Below, in pieces: positions 26,874-43,065 of a DNA stretch of 64,000 bases (position 1 is its first letter; each line of letters starts with the position of its first letter). A program made the position numbers and the translations under genes. A model generated the notes under the pieces. It saw only the letters and a program-made list of their open reading frames with translations, ran no database searches and was not told the origin of the DNA. The DNA comes from Balanoglossus misakiensis (lineage: Eukaryota; Animalia; Hemichordata): assembly GCA_040954595.2 (NCBI GenBank), contig CM082589.2, positions 5,887,186 to 5,951,185 of the forward strand, given 5' to 3'.

Positions 26874-29800
26874 TAATTCGCATAGTGAAGCCGGATGACA
26901 GCCAACATTGCAATAAATCATCCCATTTTAGTTGACGAGATTTGTTCGAGGCTCGGTAAAACAGTAAAGAGAAATTTACAGGCGACGTGTGTACCACGAG
27001 GTTAGGTTAGGTTACAATTGTACTTATGCAAAGTATTACAGTTGGTATTTTAGTGCACATTTACGAGATCTGCTCTAGTCTTAAACTTTAGATTCACGGA
27101 ATGGAAATGTGGGAACGCGGAATCCCTGTAAGCTGGCTTCGGGGTTAATGCACCATTGTTAGACATTCAGACAGACTTCCAACAGTCAACTGCCTCTGAA
27201 TTCACCGAATTCTCCAATAAAATCTTTCCCATTCTAGTCAGGTCATGAAATATGCATACGGACGGCTTTTCTATCTCTAAATGATGCAGTAATAACAGCC
27301 CTAACAGCAGGTCTACAAAAATACGACACCATCGGGGTGATATCGATTCGAATGCAACCCGCCACGATAGAACATCTCCTGGTCTGGGCGGCCACGTTTG
27401 AAATAAAATCACAGGTCAATCGATTAACCGCTCGCACTTTACAACAATCTGTCTGCGCCGTCACTTGTTCACACAAAGAATCTTAAAATCGGCGAAATGG
27501 CGCATAATTTGTGTCTCTCTGCATGCAGGCCGCGCGACACGGCGACACGCTGATTTGCCCGGATTGATTTTAGTCGCCGAGCTTTTTAGCATCTTAACGA
27601 CTGCATGTTGTGGTTTCACGTGAACGACTATCCCGTGCGCCTTTGAAATTTTAAAATTCTCGTGAAATTTACACTAATAGCCAGCTAGAGACAAAAAGAC
27701 CGACGCAAAGCATGACGTCATCACACATCACACTAAAAATATCGGAAAACCCGTGTACGCACGGCGTCGCTATTAGAAATATATTACCCCAAATGCAGAA
27801 CTATTATTGCAAAATTTCAATGCATAATTCTATTGGGGAAACCAAGCATAGCAGAAATAAACTATTTAAAAAAACGCATTATTGCTCGTATATGTGTATT
27901 AATGTATATTTCCTGGAATTCAGTGGAAGTGATTTTACATCATAAGCCAGCGATGTTGATATTATGAAAACTGCTTTTTAAACAATCCCCTCCTCGTATT
28001 AAGCGAATGCACCTCTGTGCTCTATTAGCAGTTCTCTTTTCTTGATCAACTATAAAGCAGATATAATATGTCTAAGGCTTGTCCTTACCGAGCATTTTCA
28101 CCGCGAGATATTGTTGTATTCGTTCTTTTCACTCGCCCGGCCCCGATGTCGTTGTCTACATTGTTGCATGATGTGTGAAAATAATCCTTTTCGTGGTTTT
28201 ATATCGTGATAATTTGTGTGTGATGTCAATTAAATTAGACTACCGAAGAATATTTATAATTAGGATATTTGCCGGTTTGTCAAAACCAAGTGAAACTGTT
28301 TTTATTTCTAAAAATGATTAATATTTATCACGTTTTAATTAATCGCGTCATTGATCAGTAGTGAACTGTCAGAACACCTGATTTTGTAGCCAAGTACGCG
28401 GAAAGTCTGATGATGATAAATGCAAAATGATGCGTCATGATTTTAGAAGAGAGGGACTCCTGGCCAGTACTCTGTTACTCGACAGAAGGGTAACTAAACG
28501 TCAGCTATGTCGCGCAGACAGCCAACCCGAGGAATTTCACATCCAGAGACGAACGAACCACGATATTACTGACGCCTGTCATTGTGCCAGCTTCATATCG
28601 AATCTCACGCTCCGTTTGTTCGTCGACGACGTCGCAGATTGAAAAGAAACATTCACCGGGTAAAATGTCACATCTTCCACGGCGATTTGATATCACGCGA
28701 GTCCCTGACGGGCGCATCCAGTCGCCGTCTGTTGCCACGGAAACGCGACGAGGATACAGTGAGGCACCTGGAGCCAATAGTTTGACTGTGGTGTTATTGA
28801 AGCAATAACTGACAGTTTTTGAGCGATGGCGTCTCAGAACAAGCTAGTGCTTACACACTGGAAGTCGCGATCGATGTAGCTACATTTCAGAATCACCACT
28901 ACCACGTGCATATTCTGCATCTTTTCAATCATTTACTCAAAGAGACGGCGTCTGTAACTTTCTATTTTTATTTTACGGCCATTCGCGTTCTACCCCTCAG
29001 CCGCGGCCAGTGTTAAATTTGTAAGCGGGACATTCAGTTAGCATATCGACCGTTGAGGATTGAATTTAAGTGTTTTTTTGGAGATTTTTATGAAAATAAT
29101 TGTGCCATTTTCAGTTAAAAACAAATTATAAGGAATATATTCATTTGCTCTTTACATCCGTAAGATTCGACAAGAAAAAAGGGAAGTTAAAAAAATATGC
29201 AAATCAAACATGTATACTGATATGTCGAAACCTTGGCAAACTATCGTATAGTACCAGGGCTTACAACTGTGATGATCCACCGAAGAAATATGTGTAGTTT
29301 AGGCGCCATAACTGCTATCGTCTGCTGATATAACGTTGTTCTTTTGAAATCACTGTAGCCGACAAAGCGTGCAAATTACATTAACACCAATAAAGAGACA
29401 ATGATTACCGTTGGGATGGCGATAACGCACATCATTGTGGTGCTGACAAGTTTATATTTTATGTACTTTTTGATACTATAATTGCAATCTATAAATCATC
29501 GAATAGATATTATTGAGTGGTAGGGTTTATAATTAGAAATTTTTCTTCCCCCGAGCTATCTTTCTTGTGATACTATACCCATGTATAACAATGCGATAGC
29601 TTCTATTTAAATGTACTTTATACGCACTGCACCAACGAATCAGTTTTTTTTCTTGAATCAAACCTGTTTTGCATATTATGCGCATGCGGTATTGAGATGG
29701 TGATGACATCACGCACATACCAAACTTGACCACAAGGGGCGCATTTCTGGGCAAGAGATTGCAGTCGACTGCAAATAAAAAAAAATTCAGAGCAGAATAA

Positions 29801-30788
29801 AATCAGTCAGTTGGACCACTAAAGGTTTAAAAAAATCTTTACTCTAATATATTAGGATTGGCCTTCAAAGGGCCAGAGATATACGTCTCTCACATATATG
29901 AAGGCCCCATCGACATCAGATCAAAATCGTGATTGATGGCTAGCCAGACATAAAACTGCGCCGAAAAATATGGAGAATTCCTCCGCTACAATCATCGAAT
30001 TGAAATGATTTGAACCTGTCATGTTGGAATAATTACCGCGACTGGCAACTGTATTGTCACCATGGTAACGTCTTCCTCAAGCATGCGGTGGTTTTTGTCG
30101 GAGAAGAGGGAACAGTGGATCTGAATAATTGCGTCGATTTAACCAATTACTCGCTTGATACACAAGCAGTTCGGTCATTACAGGCTGTTGCTTGGGGCTG
30201 TTTTCGCTTTTTATGGTCTAATTTAGAACAATTTCCAAGTTACTCTGCTGGAGACGTTTTTTCGCTGTCGTTAGCGTGGAGTTTGTTCACTCAACTCCCG
30301 GTTTACTTTTACTTCATCAGTAGATGACCCTTGACCCTAATTGAGTGGAAGATATGACGTCACGGTGCCTCTGCCCGATAATTGCCGCAAGCCTCTTGTC
30401 TTTCGTAAGGATGACTGTAATTTCTCTATTCCGGGAATCTTCCGAACTGACACTGTCATCTCCAGACTGGAGAACGGGTGTGGGTTACCACCCGGTAGGG
30501 CATTCACCGTCTCAGGGTGTATCCAACAAGCCCTCACGGTTTTAGTTAGTCAGCAGCTTCAAGACAATCCAGTGCATTGTCGACAAACAGTTCTTGTCCA
30601 TTCACTGGTCAATTTAACTGAACTACATGTATATATACGCTGGATTTTGTAAGCGACTTTCTTGTCAATTGATGTCAGTTGATATCGTCTTTCATTTGAC
30701 CGTCTGCATATGTTTTTTCCCTGTCAGACAGACATACAGACAAGAGAGACAGGCAGTCAATTAACTAGTCTGTTTGTCTCTGTATCTG

Positions 30789-31084
30789 TCACTCACTCAC
30801 TTACTCACTCACTCACTCACTCACTCACTCACTCACTCACCCTCTCACTCACTCACTCACTCACTCACTCACTCACTCACTCACTCACTCACTCACTCAT
30901 TCATTCATTCATTCATTCATTCGTTCATTCATTAGTTCATTCATTCATTCGGTCGAAAGTTTAGCCAAGCATTCGCTCAGTCAGTCAGTCAGTCAGTCAG
31001 TCAGTTGATCGTGGGAAGGTCAGTCAGTCAGTCAGTCACTCAGTCAGTCACTCACTCACTCAGTCAGTCACTCGCTCACTCACT
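30789..31084. repeat. Compound tetranucleotide microsatellite (CACT/CATT/CAGT)
   Basis: Seen directly. Confidence 0.95.
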
Positions 31085-34000
31085 TATCTCTGTTAGTAGT
31101 GTCGTTTGACCTGTATGTATCTGGTCTAACTCACTGGTATTGAGTGTTAGTCTCAAGCGACGTGATAGTTGAACCCCTCTCTAGGTGCTCAATGAAGTAC
31201 ATCCTGGCATCCTAAACTAACAACATTACCAGTCCACCCATTATACAATTGATTAGATTACCCATCACTCTAAATGACAAGTTCACGCCACTCACGGACA
31301 CCCATCGTTGAGGTCTGAATTCCGTTTTGTCCTCAACACGTTCTCCTGGGAGGTTAAACACGCCGACAGCCTACAACAATCGGATTAGTCTATCTTTGAA
31401 CATCGGACAATGACCTGTACATTGTCAGCCGAAGTAGTCCATCCGTGTCCAACACCCTGACCTCGCATTATTTGCCATAAAAAGTTTGCCACACGAGATC
31501 TACCCTTTCTCACTTTAATCTAAAAATCAGGTTTTAATGTCCGTGACCCAATCTTTCTGTACCCGGACCTACAACATTTCGCGACTTCCACATCATCCAA
31601 ATTCAATGTATATGTGCTCTACATTAATTTAAATAATGACAAGGCTACGCCGGTAGATTATTTTGAAGTGATCAGACGGATGGGAAGTTTGTTTTGTGAA
31701 AGAACGGTCGAGCAGAAGACTGGAGAAGGATAATTAGTCGTGTCTGTTGTCCCCGTGTTGCTGTGATTGAATGTTTAAGTGACGTGCACTCTTCCAGATA
31801 ATGAAAACATGGCCAGCGGCAGCGCAACCTTTGTGCACGAAAAGGCGTCAGACGTGGCGGTGTGTACAACTTAATTTATGTGTTATTAAATTTATCAGTA
31901 ATGGACTCTTAGAGACAACGACCCGCAGAATTGTGTATACTGTTGTCAAGGTCGGGTTGCCATGGTGAGAGAGCAAACACGACGCTGAGAGAGGTGCGGC
32001 GATACACGTATTGAGACTGCAGGTATCATATCGGGTTACTTTCGTGGGCGTACACAATTCAACTCTGGGAAAGTTTAATAGTCAGGCACCTTACGGAAGC
32101 TCGGATAGGGACTTTAATACGGCAGTGGCCGTAAAATTTCTTAGTGACAAGGAAAAAAAGCGGAGAGTGTTTTCTTTGGTTCAGGTATGCATACCAGAGC
32201 ACAGACACAGGGATAATTGACATAGCCAAGTGGTGAAAGTCTGACTCTATCGAACTTGAAATCTGAATATACACTGCGAGAAATTAATCGCGTCACTCAC
32301 AGAGCTAAGAAAATCATTTTACTTCTGAAAACAGAACAATCGGAGCTGTCATCTTATCGACGAATATTAAACTCGCCCGAGGATACCTCCTTAAATTGAA
32401 ACCGACAGTTTCGAAATCGACAGTCAGTTGGCATAGAAATCCACAAAGTGATATCGACAACAGGAAGTCACTTCTCGCATCCGCGGGAAACTGCGAGATG
32501 TATGTCGACGATATGCGCTGACGGATTTTATTGGACGAAAAACGCTTTAAAAACGCAGGCGTTTACTTTTGGTAAATTGAATGAAATCTGTGATACATCT
32601 GTACATATTGCCGTATTCAGACCACAGCAGTGACGATCGTCTGTAAGTCCTAGGCACCATCGTTTACAGAGAGTTTACGACGTATCTTTTGTGGACGATC
32701 GGGGTTTGGAAAATATGACGTGAATCCCTTGCAGCAAATCGCATTAGTTTCAATACGCACCCTGGTGCACAGAAATATGACGAATTTCTCTCGTCGTCCC
32801 AAACAGAAATGGTGTCACTTTGAGGAGGATATGTTGTAGTTTATTGATTACAACAAAACAAAGACGAACCGATCGTTCACCTGCAAGTACGTCACAAATA
32901 CTGCTCTTGACTGATAGCCACGAAATACCACTTAAAAAACTGTCAGTACAAGACGTTACACATTATAAACAGCGCCGGAGAATCAGCTTTCTACGCAAGC
33001 TGTTTAAACAAACAGCAGATTCAAAATGCAGTCTGTACACCAGTTAATTAAGATTGATTCCGGCGTCGCAACAGAAACATCAACCGTGAATTTGTAAACC
33101 TGTCAGGACAAGTTGGTTATTAAAACTCCAAATATTGAACAAGTTGTCAATATGATACCAATTATGTATGTTTCCGAAACCTCCAGAGTCTTCAGATGAC
33201 GAGGATTTTGTATCGCAGGTCGTTCCTCATTTTTGTTGATCTATTGCATACTGCAGAAAGACTGAACTTATGTTCAGTCCGTATATTTGGTTACAAATAG
33301 ATAGGGTTGCCATTTGCTTCTTATCATGCTTAGAGAGCAACTTTCCTCATGTATATATGCCAGATCACATCGCTTTAGCGGGTCTCAAGTTTGCCAGATT
33401 TGCGCGACTTCATGTACACATATTATAAATTGACGGTTAATTCAAAATCGGTAAATTTTCACCAACGCGATAGAAATCGCTTGTAATCAGCTGATGTCGT
33501 CATCACACCTCGATGTATTCAATCTCAGCTGCTCGGACAGAATTTTTCATGTCTTTCAGATGTGAACGATACGTGAATGAAGTATAATTCACGCAAGCTT
33601 TATGAGCCCACTTCTAAATATACAAAACCTCGTAAATCAAATTTTCATGTCACTTCGCGTTTTTCATTCTATTTTCTGCATTTAAGGTATTATTATTAGC
33701 CCAGGTCTGTTAATAATCGCAATACATAAAGCATGAATGAGTGGACTTGTTTGCTTTCAACGCAGATGTATGATTTGCCAATCAACGGCCCCGTGTCTAA
33801 ATAATATTGTTCTCTAAAAGCCCCCCTTCAGGCGAAGTTTAAGGTCAGCTTGCCCGTGTTTTAATCGCGTGATTGCCTCTTCGAACTATGAAGTATCACT
33901 GCGGTGTTGATGATTTGCATAATTGGATTCCCTAGCAAAACCACATTTCACCAACTTATAGGATTTCCCTCGAAACGTACTACTCGCGATAGATTTGCAT

Positions 34001-36951
34001 TGTGTAGATGCAGCCATATTGAAAAGTATCGGTTCTCTTCTTCATCAGGAATCTGGCAATTTTATGGATATTTTCACTACAGCCGAGATAAGTTGTGTAT
34101 AAACTTGTGATTACTTCTCAACCTCTCGTATACCCGTCAACGCGATTGGTTGACGGACAGCGCATCGCACGCATCAGATAAAAATGGCCGATAAACTGCA
34201 AACCCGCCTTATTTAGTATTCCTCAACCGTACCGGAGAGCTCTTTAAGCAGATAACAGCGAATTTGCTGTTTTTGTGATTTTTCCGATAGGCATTGATGA
34301 TGAAAATGTTGGCTTTGTCCCCCTACCCTGTAGAGGACATTAAACCGCGACAGGTCAATAACCACGGCAACCTGGCTTTCAACTATAAAGTTCACGTTTT
34401 GAGTTTCACATCTACTGTTGGTCAGATGAACAAAATTCGGAAATATCTTTGCCTGTCGCGATACTCTTCAATTACTTCAAATTTAAAATGTTGCATCATT
34501 TGCATCGCCAATTTTATTATATACTTCACAAAGTAAAAAAAATCACGTTACTGACCTCGGGATATTTCCAATAAAACTGTCGTGAGAAGCATTGGAACGC
34601 GAGGTGCTATACAAAGCATACATTGACACAGGTTAGAAAATTAAACTTACATAGTGTAGTGTATTTTCAATGTGATTTCATATCAATACGTGTATAATGT
34701 TGATTTTAGTTTAATGCGGACATAGATTGGTTTTGTACAGCTTTCGATTTTGTCTGAGCTAGTTCCTATCCAGACGTTGCTCTGAAATGCAAATATTGGC
34801 CGTGTGCACTTTGTGAAGGTTAGGCCTATCACAAGTGCTTGACAATAATTTCCAAACTACACATCAATAGTGATCATAGATTAGTGGCCAGGAAAATTGC
34901 GAATTGTATTCCCTGTACGTGACCATAGGGTGTTGTTTGAAAGTAGTAGTAAACACGTCAACGGAAAAAACCGAAGCGGAGAACCCGAAGTCTCTGTGAT
35001 TTGGCAAGTCTGCTGGACGAGCTTCTGTAATCGACCAAATTCAACTGATTCTGTTTTATGTTCATATCCGAAGTCGAGTGCGACGACGCAAGAATCAAAA
35101 ACGAGAGTTTGTTTTAAAAAAAAACCTGATAACACTGTTGAAGACATCGATGTCAGTTGTCATGATGGGACACGTGAAATGTATCAGTTAACCCGTGAAA
35201 TGTAATTCATATCCACCGCATTGAAATTGATAATTACTCCACAAGTATACAACATATCAAATTGGTGCATTTATCAACGAATTATTTACGAACGCGTCAC
35301 CCGAGATTGATGTTCTCCGCTTGAGAGCTCTGCACGTGACCTGCCCGGTGAATGACGTCACGCTGTTTAGGCTCGACCCCGAGTTAATTAAATTTCACCA
35401 AGTCCCATTGTAGCGCACAATGCAGTGCCACGACTCTAAATTAAGTGTGTGTGCTTTAAACGTGTAACGTCACTGGGCGGATGATTAGCAATCACGCAGT
35501 TTGCTCCATCATTCAAAGACGCGCACGCGACAGCTTAGTCCGTGTCATTTGGCAAAGATCGATGCGAATTCGACAAGATTGATAGGTAAGCTGGTTACAG
35601 CAACAATGGCGAATCCATATGGTCAGATACCCGGATTATAAAATTTGAAAGATGGTCCTGTTGTTATTTAGACGAGTTACTTCTTGTTAATACGTGAATG
35701 CATTGTGTATATGACAAGTAATCCTTCATTGCCTATCCTCATTACATCAACATTATATAACTAAAAGTTAATATTAAAACTCAGTTTCTGAGTTGAACAA
35801 AATTTATTTGCATTTAGCTGCCCTCAGATTCTAAGACTTATGGTAGGTTCCAAGTAATGAACGACTGAACATTGTACATACCGCTGTACTTGCTCTGTTG
35901 GTGTTAATATATCTTAGTGATATCAATATCTGTACCAAGTTTTATTATATTTGGTGCAACAATTCCGTAAATGCAAAAAAGTTTTGTCAAATCACTATCA
36001 TTAATTAATTTTCAGTGGTGTTCAGATTTGTAACATATGCACACGGTGCGAGTGAAGTTGAAGAAAATGTGGCTTAGAAAAAAATAGAAGAATGAAAGTA
36101 GTGAAGAAAACAAACACAGTTTAGATAATTTAATGCCACGATTTTTACATGATAGGAAAATATGTGTATGGAACTTTCAGTCGATCTCAAAAATTCAAAC
36201 CTGACATACATGTACCATAGCCCCCCCCCCCCAGAAACTTAGATGGAGCTGTGTGTGTATCTACTGTCTGGTTCCAACTCTATTGACATCCTTTTCATTA
36301 TTGTAACCATGACGACGCGTGACACAAAAAAACGCGAAATCAAGTGAAATTGACATGGCCACGCTGTGTTCACATCAAAGGTTTCTAAAAATCCTCGTTG
36401 CTACTTAAATGCAGACAAAGGGAGACACACCTCGGCCTACACGCGAAAGGGAGGTCGGGCAAACGTTGGTGGCGATTTGATTAATGTATTAGGGCGGCCG
36501 ACCTACAGGGGGCTGCCAGAGACTTATTATTTTGCACAATTACCCCTTGCTACGAGGGAAAGTGCGTCTCTTCCGTGACGTTACATTCAACGGGCTATTA
36601 CCCGCATTAGCGGTTAACAAGAACGAAAACAGCCGCATTATTTGAGCGTTCGCGTCAACTTCCTCCGCTCAATAAAGGCGCGCGTTTGGAGCCTCTGTGA
36701 CGTTGAGGACGATTAAGTAGTCACAATGGCGCTCGATTTATAACAGTTTGCGCTAATTCGGAGAATATGGGAGAGGAATGACAGGTAGCGCAGTGAGAGA
36801 GCATTACCCTAAATTGTTGCGGTGGAATTTGGCGCTGGGTATTGTTTGAGGAGTATTACATCATAGAGTTAGCGTATCGTGTTGTTAACAAAGAATCTTG
36901 CCAAGACTTAACTGAAAGAGAGAGAGAGGGGGGGGGGGGATAGAGATAGGA

Positions 36952-37031
36952 GGTTGGTTGGTTTGTTGATTGGTTGATTGATTGATTGATTGATTGACTG
37001 ACTGACTGATTGACTGACTGATTGATTGATT
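36952..37031. repeat. Compound (TTGG/TTGA/CTGA)n microsatellite
   Basis: Seen directly. Confidence 0.9.
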
Positions 37032-39300
37032 TATTGGCCGACTTGTTCACTGTATCACAGATCGATCACATTCTCCAGCTAGTCAAATCACGTGCATCAT
37101 CTTCGCAAAAGTTCACCTCAACTCGCGTTGCCTGTATTCAAAACAACAAGGCAATAAACCAAATCTCTGGGGCAATTGTACTTCAGGGCACGTTTGCCGA
37201 AGTTGTAAACAATTATTACTCGAAATGGAAACCGGGCATCCGAAAGACTGAATGAATTTTATCGTTGGTGGTAAACGGTGACAGCGTTGATTGGACGCGG
37301 AAAGCGCATCAATATTTTTTCCGAGTTCCATAACCGTGTACCGCATCGTTCAATGCGACGCTCATTTTATGGCCTCTATGAAACTTAATGAATTGTGCAC
37401 TGTCTTGGGTCGGAGCTATTGGATTGGACTGAAAGTCATGGAACAGGTTATTCATTAAAAAGTCCATTTGTTCATAGTAGAATAGATTGAAGGAAAAAAC
37501 ACCAATGTAAACATGACCAAGACAATTGAAAAAGCCTTGAAATCATTCCCAGTTATTATTCTGTTGACCTCGATTCAGGTGTGTGACCCGGGAACATATA
37601 AAAAGATTGACAATAACACTTGATACGCAACAATCGCAATTCACCTCGGGTATATAAACGTTATACATGTAACCACTCCAGGTAGTTTCAGAAGATTCGT
37701 GACAAAAAGTCCTTAATCGAATATTTCTTGATGAAATAATTTGTCAACCCTGTCAGCTATATGTAAATGATGGGCGATCACTTTAAAAACCCTTTTCCGT
37801 GTCATCAAAATTTGTGGTACCGAAAATATCAATGTCGTATCCTCAATGCAGAGTTGGACATTTCTCGCCAGCCCCACTGGCCACTATTATCAGAAATAAT
37901 GGAAGTTGTGAAAATTGCTGATCGCGGGTGAATGACAACCACTTTTTTCTGCTAAAACTTTTAAGTTGCCTACAACTGCGTCGTTGTCATGCCAACGCCC
38001 GTGGAGGGAACATCATTGGTCAGAAAAACAACTTACACCGTCAAAACGAAAATTCGTTCCGAGTAGCCGATGAAGCGAAATATGCTGGAGCAATTTAATG
38101 TATATCTTTTCAAAATCAAATCAAAACGAGAGATATTACCAGTATATATACCAACACATTGGGACACGTGATTATCCTCCAATCAAACTCAAAATAGGCC
38201 TATGCCGTGCACAATAAAATGATAAAGTATGTGTATGTGTACTCAGGTATACTATAGAATCTTTTGTAAGCACTTCTACAGTAAAGTGTTGTAACCTTGT
38301 ATATATGGCAATTAAATTTCACCCAAGCACAAGACAAGTGTGAGCTGTCACGGCCTAAGGCCGTCCTGATTTGCACGGGACGGCGGTTATTTATGTCACT
38401 TCACCATAAATATGGAAGAAAAAGCACTCAGCGCTTTTCATCGTTCTGTATTATAGCGCTGCGGGGAGCAAACGCTCTCTGCTTCCACGCAAGGCGCAGC
38501 CCCGGAAGTGCCTTTTAACGCCGATGTAGTTCCGATATATGCGCTCGGCACGACCCGGCCCGTTGCGATGACTACACAAAATTTCAGAGAAAATACACAC
38601 GAAGCTTTTAGAACTCACGGCGACAATTTGACCGCTAAACACTCAAAACCAGCTGCAATTACAGTATTTCTGTGTGCCAAATTTTTCCCAGGATGGGTCC
38701 ATCTACATCTCAGTTTATCATTCTAACTTCGATCCCCTGGCTCGGGTCGTTAGCTGCTGATCATAGGTTGACACTCACGTTCTGATAACGGTATTATTGC
38801 TGCTGATGCAAAATAATGCAGATATATGAAACAATCTAGATACACTCGCCGTCCGAATCGTGACTGCCATTCGAAATCAATCGCGTGTTTGCCCCAATTA
38901 TTACAAATACGGCATCCAGACGTTTTATCGAAACAAAATATTGGACAGAGCTCCAACGGATCGTGCGCAGAATAAGTGGACTTGGTAACGCGGCCAGAAA
39001 TATGCGCAGAGAACACACCAGTCAAAGATCAAATCGTGATATTGCGTGTGCGGTGTCTGTCTGCGTAGGCGAATTTTAATCATTTCCACTGCACTCTAAC
39101 AAGGCACACAATCAACGAACCCACCCGTCCATTTGCTCGTTCAATCATCCGCTGTTCCTCCATCAGGGCTGAAGTGAATTCACTTGTTCCTGATTCTCTC
39201 GCATAAAACTGTCTATTAGGCGCGCCGCCTCCAGAAATTACCTTATGGTATCCTGAATTGCACATTCGGTATAGCACGAAATTCCTCATTCATTCGGCCC

Positions 39301-39302
<2 letters not shown>

Positions 39303-39340
<38 letters not shown>

Positions 39341-39397
39341 TCCACTAATCCACCAATCAATCAATCAATCAACATAAAAACCAACCAACCAACCAAC
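39303..39397. repeat. Compound (CAGA/CAAT/CAAC)n microsatellite
   Basis: Seen directly. Confidence 0.9.
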
Positions 39398-42300
39398 AAG
39401 CAACAACATGGAGCACATTCTGACTGTCGCGTTTGACTGACAGAACTGAACACCTAGAATGCCCGAGGAATGATGACGACTCTGCACTCTATCTAAATTC
39501 ATAGACTTTCTGAAGAGTTATGTCAATTCAATTGTTGTCGATATGGTAATTTATGCAAATATGTTACTATTTTGTCCGTGCGTAGATCTAGGCCTACCTT
39601 CGCGGCGCTCAGACTCGGTCAACTATACCATGGGGTTCAAATCATACCCAGCACGTGCCCTAGTTTTTTCCGTTGCGCTAAATATCTATATACAGCCCAT
39701 GCATGCCGCTTGACTAACAGCAAGTGCTTGCATACGGCACTCCAGGCGGGAAGCGGTGCAGAAACCAGCACTTCCTTTCCCCTCCTTTGACTCGGCCATT
39801 TTCCGAACAACGGGACCACTATCACTTTCCCCCAAAGCATTCTGTCTCACTTGCCAGTGCGCTGAATTATCTACTGCTGAAATATGTGAACATTCTTAAG
39901 TGGTTCACGGTAGCTGCCTGTGAAGAAAACGTCAAACGTGTAATAACAACACGCACACATAAAATGCGCATGACCTACACCAACCTCGCCGGGAGTTAAC
40001 AGATCCACTGCAACGCCTAGCCATTTTCCATAAGTGCTTTTACATTACTCTGACTTCCTATTTTTCCCGCCGAAAATTAAATCCTATCGCCTGCATTTTC
40101 CCCCACTGAATGCAAATTCTTTCCATTATTTTTTCCCCGGCGAAAATATAAATTCGCCGTCTGCAGCTTTTCTGCTGTAAAGTAAAATTGCCGTGCCATT
40201 TTCCGTCAAAATCTACGTTTCATCGTCAAAATTTTTCCACCTAAAGATCATTACAATCTATTTTACGTTTAATAGCGCTAATTTCGACGGGCTGTTAGAT
40301 TTAATTTCAGTACATATCTATAGCAACAAGATGGTCATTTTAACTGATAGCCTAGATTCTTGTTCGGTGTCTCCAAAACATGCATTACTGATCGCGGGTA
40401 TCAGCGAAAGTGAGCAGTTCCCGGCGGTGGGTGCCGTATCGCCGCGACGACTAATGGCGTCCATGACCTTGCATGTTTCGGCTGAGCGATGAATACTGTG
40501 TTATTTATCCGGGGAATTGGAGACCATTACGTTGATAGCGCGCGTATTAGCAAGAGAACACGGAGAAAAATAGGACGGAGAAGCAAAAAGCCCCGTATCA
40601 GTATTCTACTCACGGCCGTAACGCACCGCACATCACCACGCCCGTTACTCACAGTTGTTAAGTCTATATACGTTGGTCATGTGTGACCAAAGAAAAGCTA
40701 ACACAGGGTGGTCGAATTAGTACCATTTTGACAGAAACAAACAAAAAGACAGAGTTTTCCAACATTTTTTATCCCTTTTATATATTTTCAGAATTCCGAT
40801 TTTGTTCACGTTGGGAATCAACTGGTGCGCCGAGGCCAGTGACATAACGGACGTCAGGTCAACAGAGACTTTCCACGGGGCAGTAACAAAGAATATTTAC
40901 CCAAGAAAAGGTAAATACTTGTTTGTTGTTCGAGTTGTCGAAGGAGGGGGTGGGGGCTCTCCTATAAAGGAAACGATCTTTAGTTACAGGGCAGCTGATA
41001 GAAAGTTAGGAATGAACGGCAATAAGATTTGATCTGAATTTCCAAAAAAATCACATAATTATATAAGTTTATCAACCTGATGAGAAGGTTCGAACGCTAG
41101 TTGTAATGATAGCGATATCGCATGTCTGGAGAGAAACCGTCGGAAAAAATGACAGAACTTTCAAGATGAACTCGAAGATACACTCTCACAAACCTAGGTC
41201 GCTCTGACAGTAAATCGTGGCGGTCTAGGGTTTATTAATGTTTACGATAAGTAAGATATGGAATAAATCATCGCCAGCGTCACTTTTATGGTGACGTTCA
41301 TGATTTATTTCATACGCGACACTTGCGCAGAACTGGTCCCTAGGAAGGTTTGCGTAATCGTGTAGGTCGTTAGTCTTTCGTGCGTGAATTTTCCAATTCA
41401 TTCTGGAATGTGAGGCTCGTTCGAACGGAAAGCAACATTAAGGGCTTCAGACATAGACGTAAATATTATGTAACAAAAAGTCAGAACTAAAGATGGGTTT
41501 GGTGAGAAAATAGTATTATGATAGTCAGTTCGGCGTGTTCATCACTGAGAAATTATCATTAAGCAGTAAAGTCAAACTGGTGAGATGGTATGCATAGGTA
41601 TGGTCGGTTTGAGACACAATGCGTATAGCTAGCTTTCTGAATAATTAAGAAAATGACCGCCTGATATATTACTGTACAGACGAGAAAAAAAACGACAACT
41701 TCTGCTCAGGAGAAATTATTCCTATTGATCGTGAGTGCCCATACATTGTTAATGCATAGCAGCTCACAGACAATAAAACCGAAGTGATGATATGGCAGGG
41801 AACGCGCGATGTCGGAAAGGGTATTTGCAAAAAGTATATTGGGTTATTATTCTGAAGCGATTTCTAGCAACGATTTTACCTGCAACGAGACGAGATTTCG
41901 AAGAAAGCGAATATGCTCTTTAAATTGCCCCATTAGCGCGCGAGAAAGACAGTCCGAGGGCAACTTTAGCGGTCAAAGAACTACAGTTAAAAGCGATTGT
42001 CGTTCACAAAAGCGAACCCAAAAACAACTGCCGGTGCGTAATCCCCTTACGGCGAAGTGAGCATCGGCCTATCGCTAAATTGTTGCGGGTTAATGGACGA
42101 GAGCGTGCGTCATTTCTGCTATCGTTTCTGCGATAGTACAATTGTGCTCTCGACAGGTGGTGTCGAGACGCAGATAGCTGTAGGGCCGTAAACACACAGG
42201 GGATGCAAATGCAACGACGGACCTGCAGACATCAGTGATGATGTTGTGTATAGCTATATCAGCCGAGAGGTTAAGATAGGTTGTCACAAATCAAGCTGTA

Positions 42301-42776
42301 CACTCCTTGCAGTAGATTGTCCAGTTCGGAGACGCGTTGAGTTATTTTTACTTTCCCAGTTGCAAAGAAGACAAAACGCACACAGGTTCGCTAAGTATTT
42401 CCGGGGGCTCTTACAGTCCTATGGTGGCCGCTTGCCAAGTTGTCTCTGAAGTCACTTTTTGTTCAATGAATACAATAGTTACTATATTAAGTATTGGGCA
42501 GTGTTGGTTTTAGCAGTGGGGCAGCTAGTGCAATTGGTGAGAAAACCAAAATGAAGATAACCGCAAATCATATGAACCGCACGGTTATATCCTGCATTCG
42601 CCGAATGATGAAGTTAATCACAGATGATCAATCAATCTTTTATTTTCGTCGTCGACATGGCAACGGTATTTAGACCGCGATTGTGGTCAAAATGAAAATT
42701 GCATCATGGGAGATAGGAATTGCAAAAACAATCCTCTGGGAAAATGCATGAAAAGTGAACAATGGCATTTTCGCTA

Positions 42777-43065
42777 ATGACATGAGAAAATGATGAACTA
42801 TTAGGAGAGAAAATTAAAGTGGGCGATTAAAAGTTCACAGCTTTTCAAAATACTTTTCGCGAGAAGTCACGAGTCTACGTATAATAATGGCAGTTCATTA
42901 CGTAAAGAGTGTCTCTCCTTAGAAATATGACATGAGAAAATGATGAACTATGATTACGAGAGAAAAGTTGACGATTATAAGTTCACAGCTTTTCAAATAT
43001 TGTTCGCGAGAAGCCACGAGGCTACGGTACGGATAATAATAGAAGTCCATTACATAAAGAGTCGT
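42777..43065. repeat. Diverged tandem duplication, 150-bp period
   Basis: atgacatgagaaaatgatgaacta...taaagagt starts at both 42777 and 42927. Confidence 0.9.

Noticed and set aside
26653-26898. Poly-Ser ORF, and the HSLT-repeat ORF at 30710-30964
   Set aside because: Translations of microsatellites.
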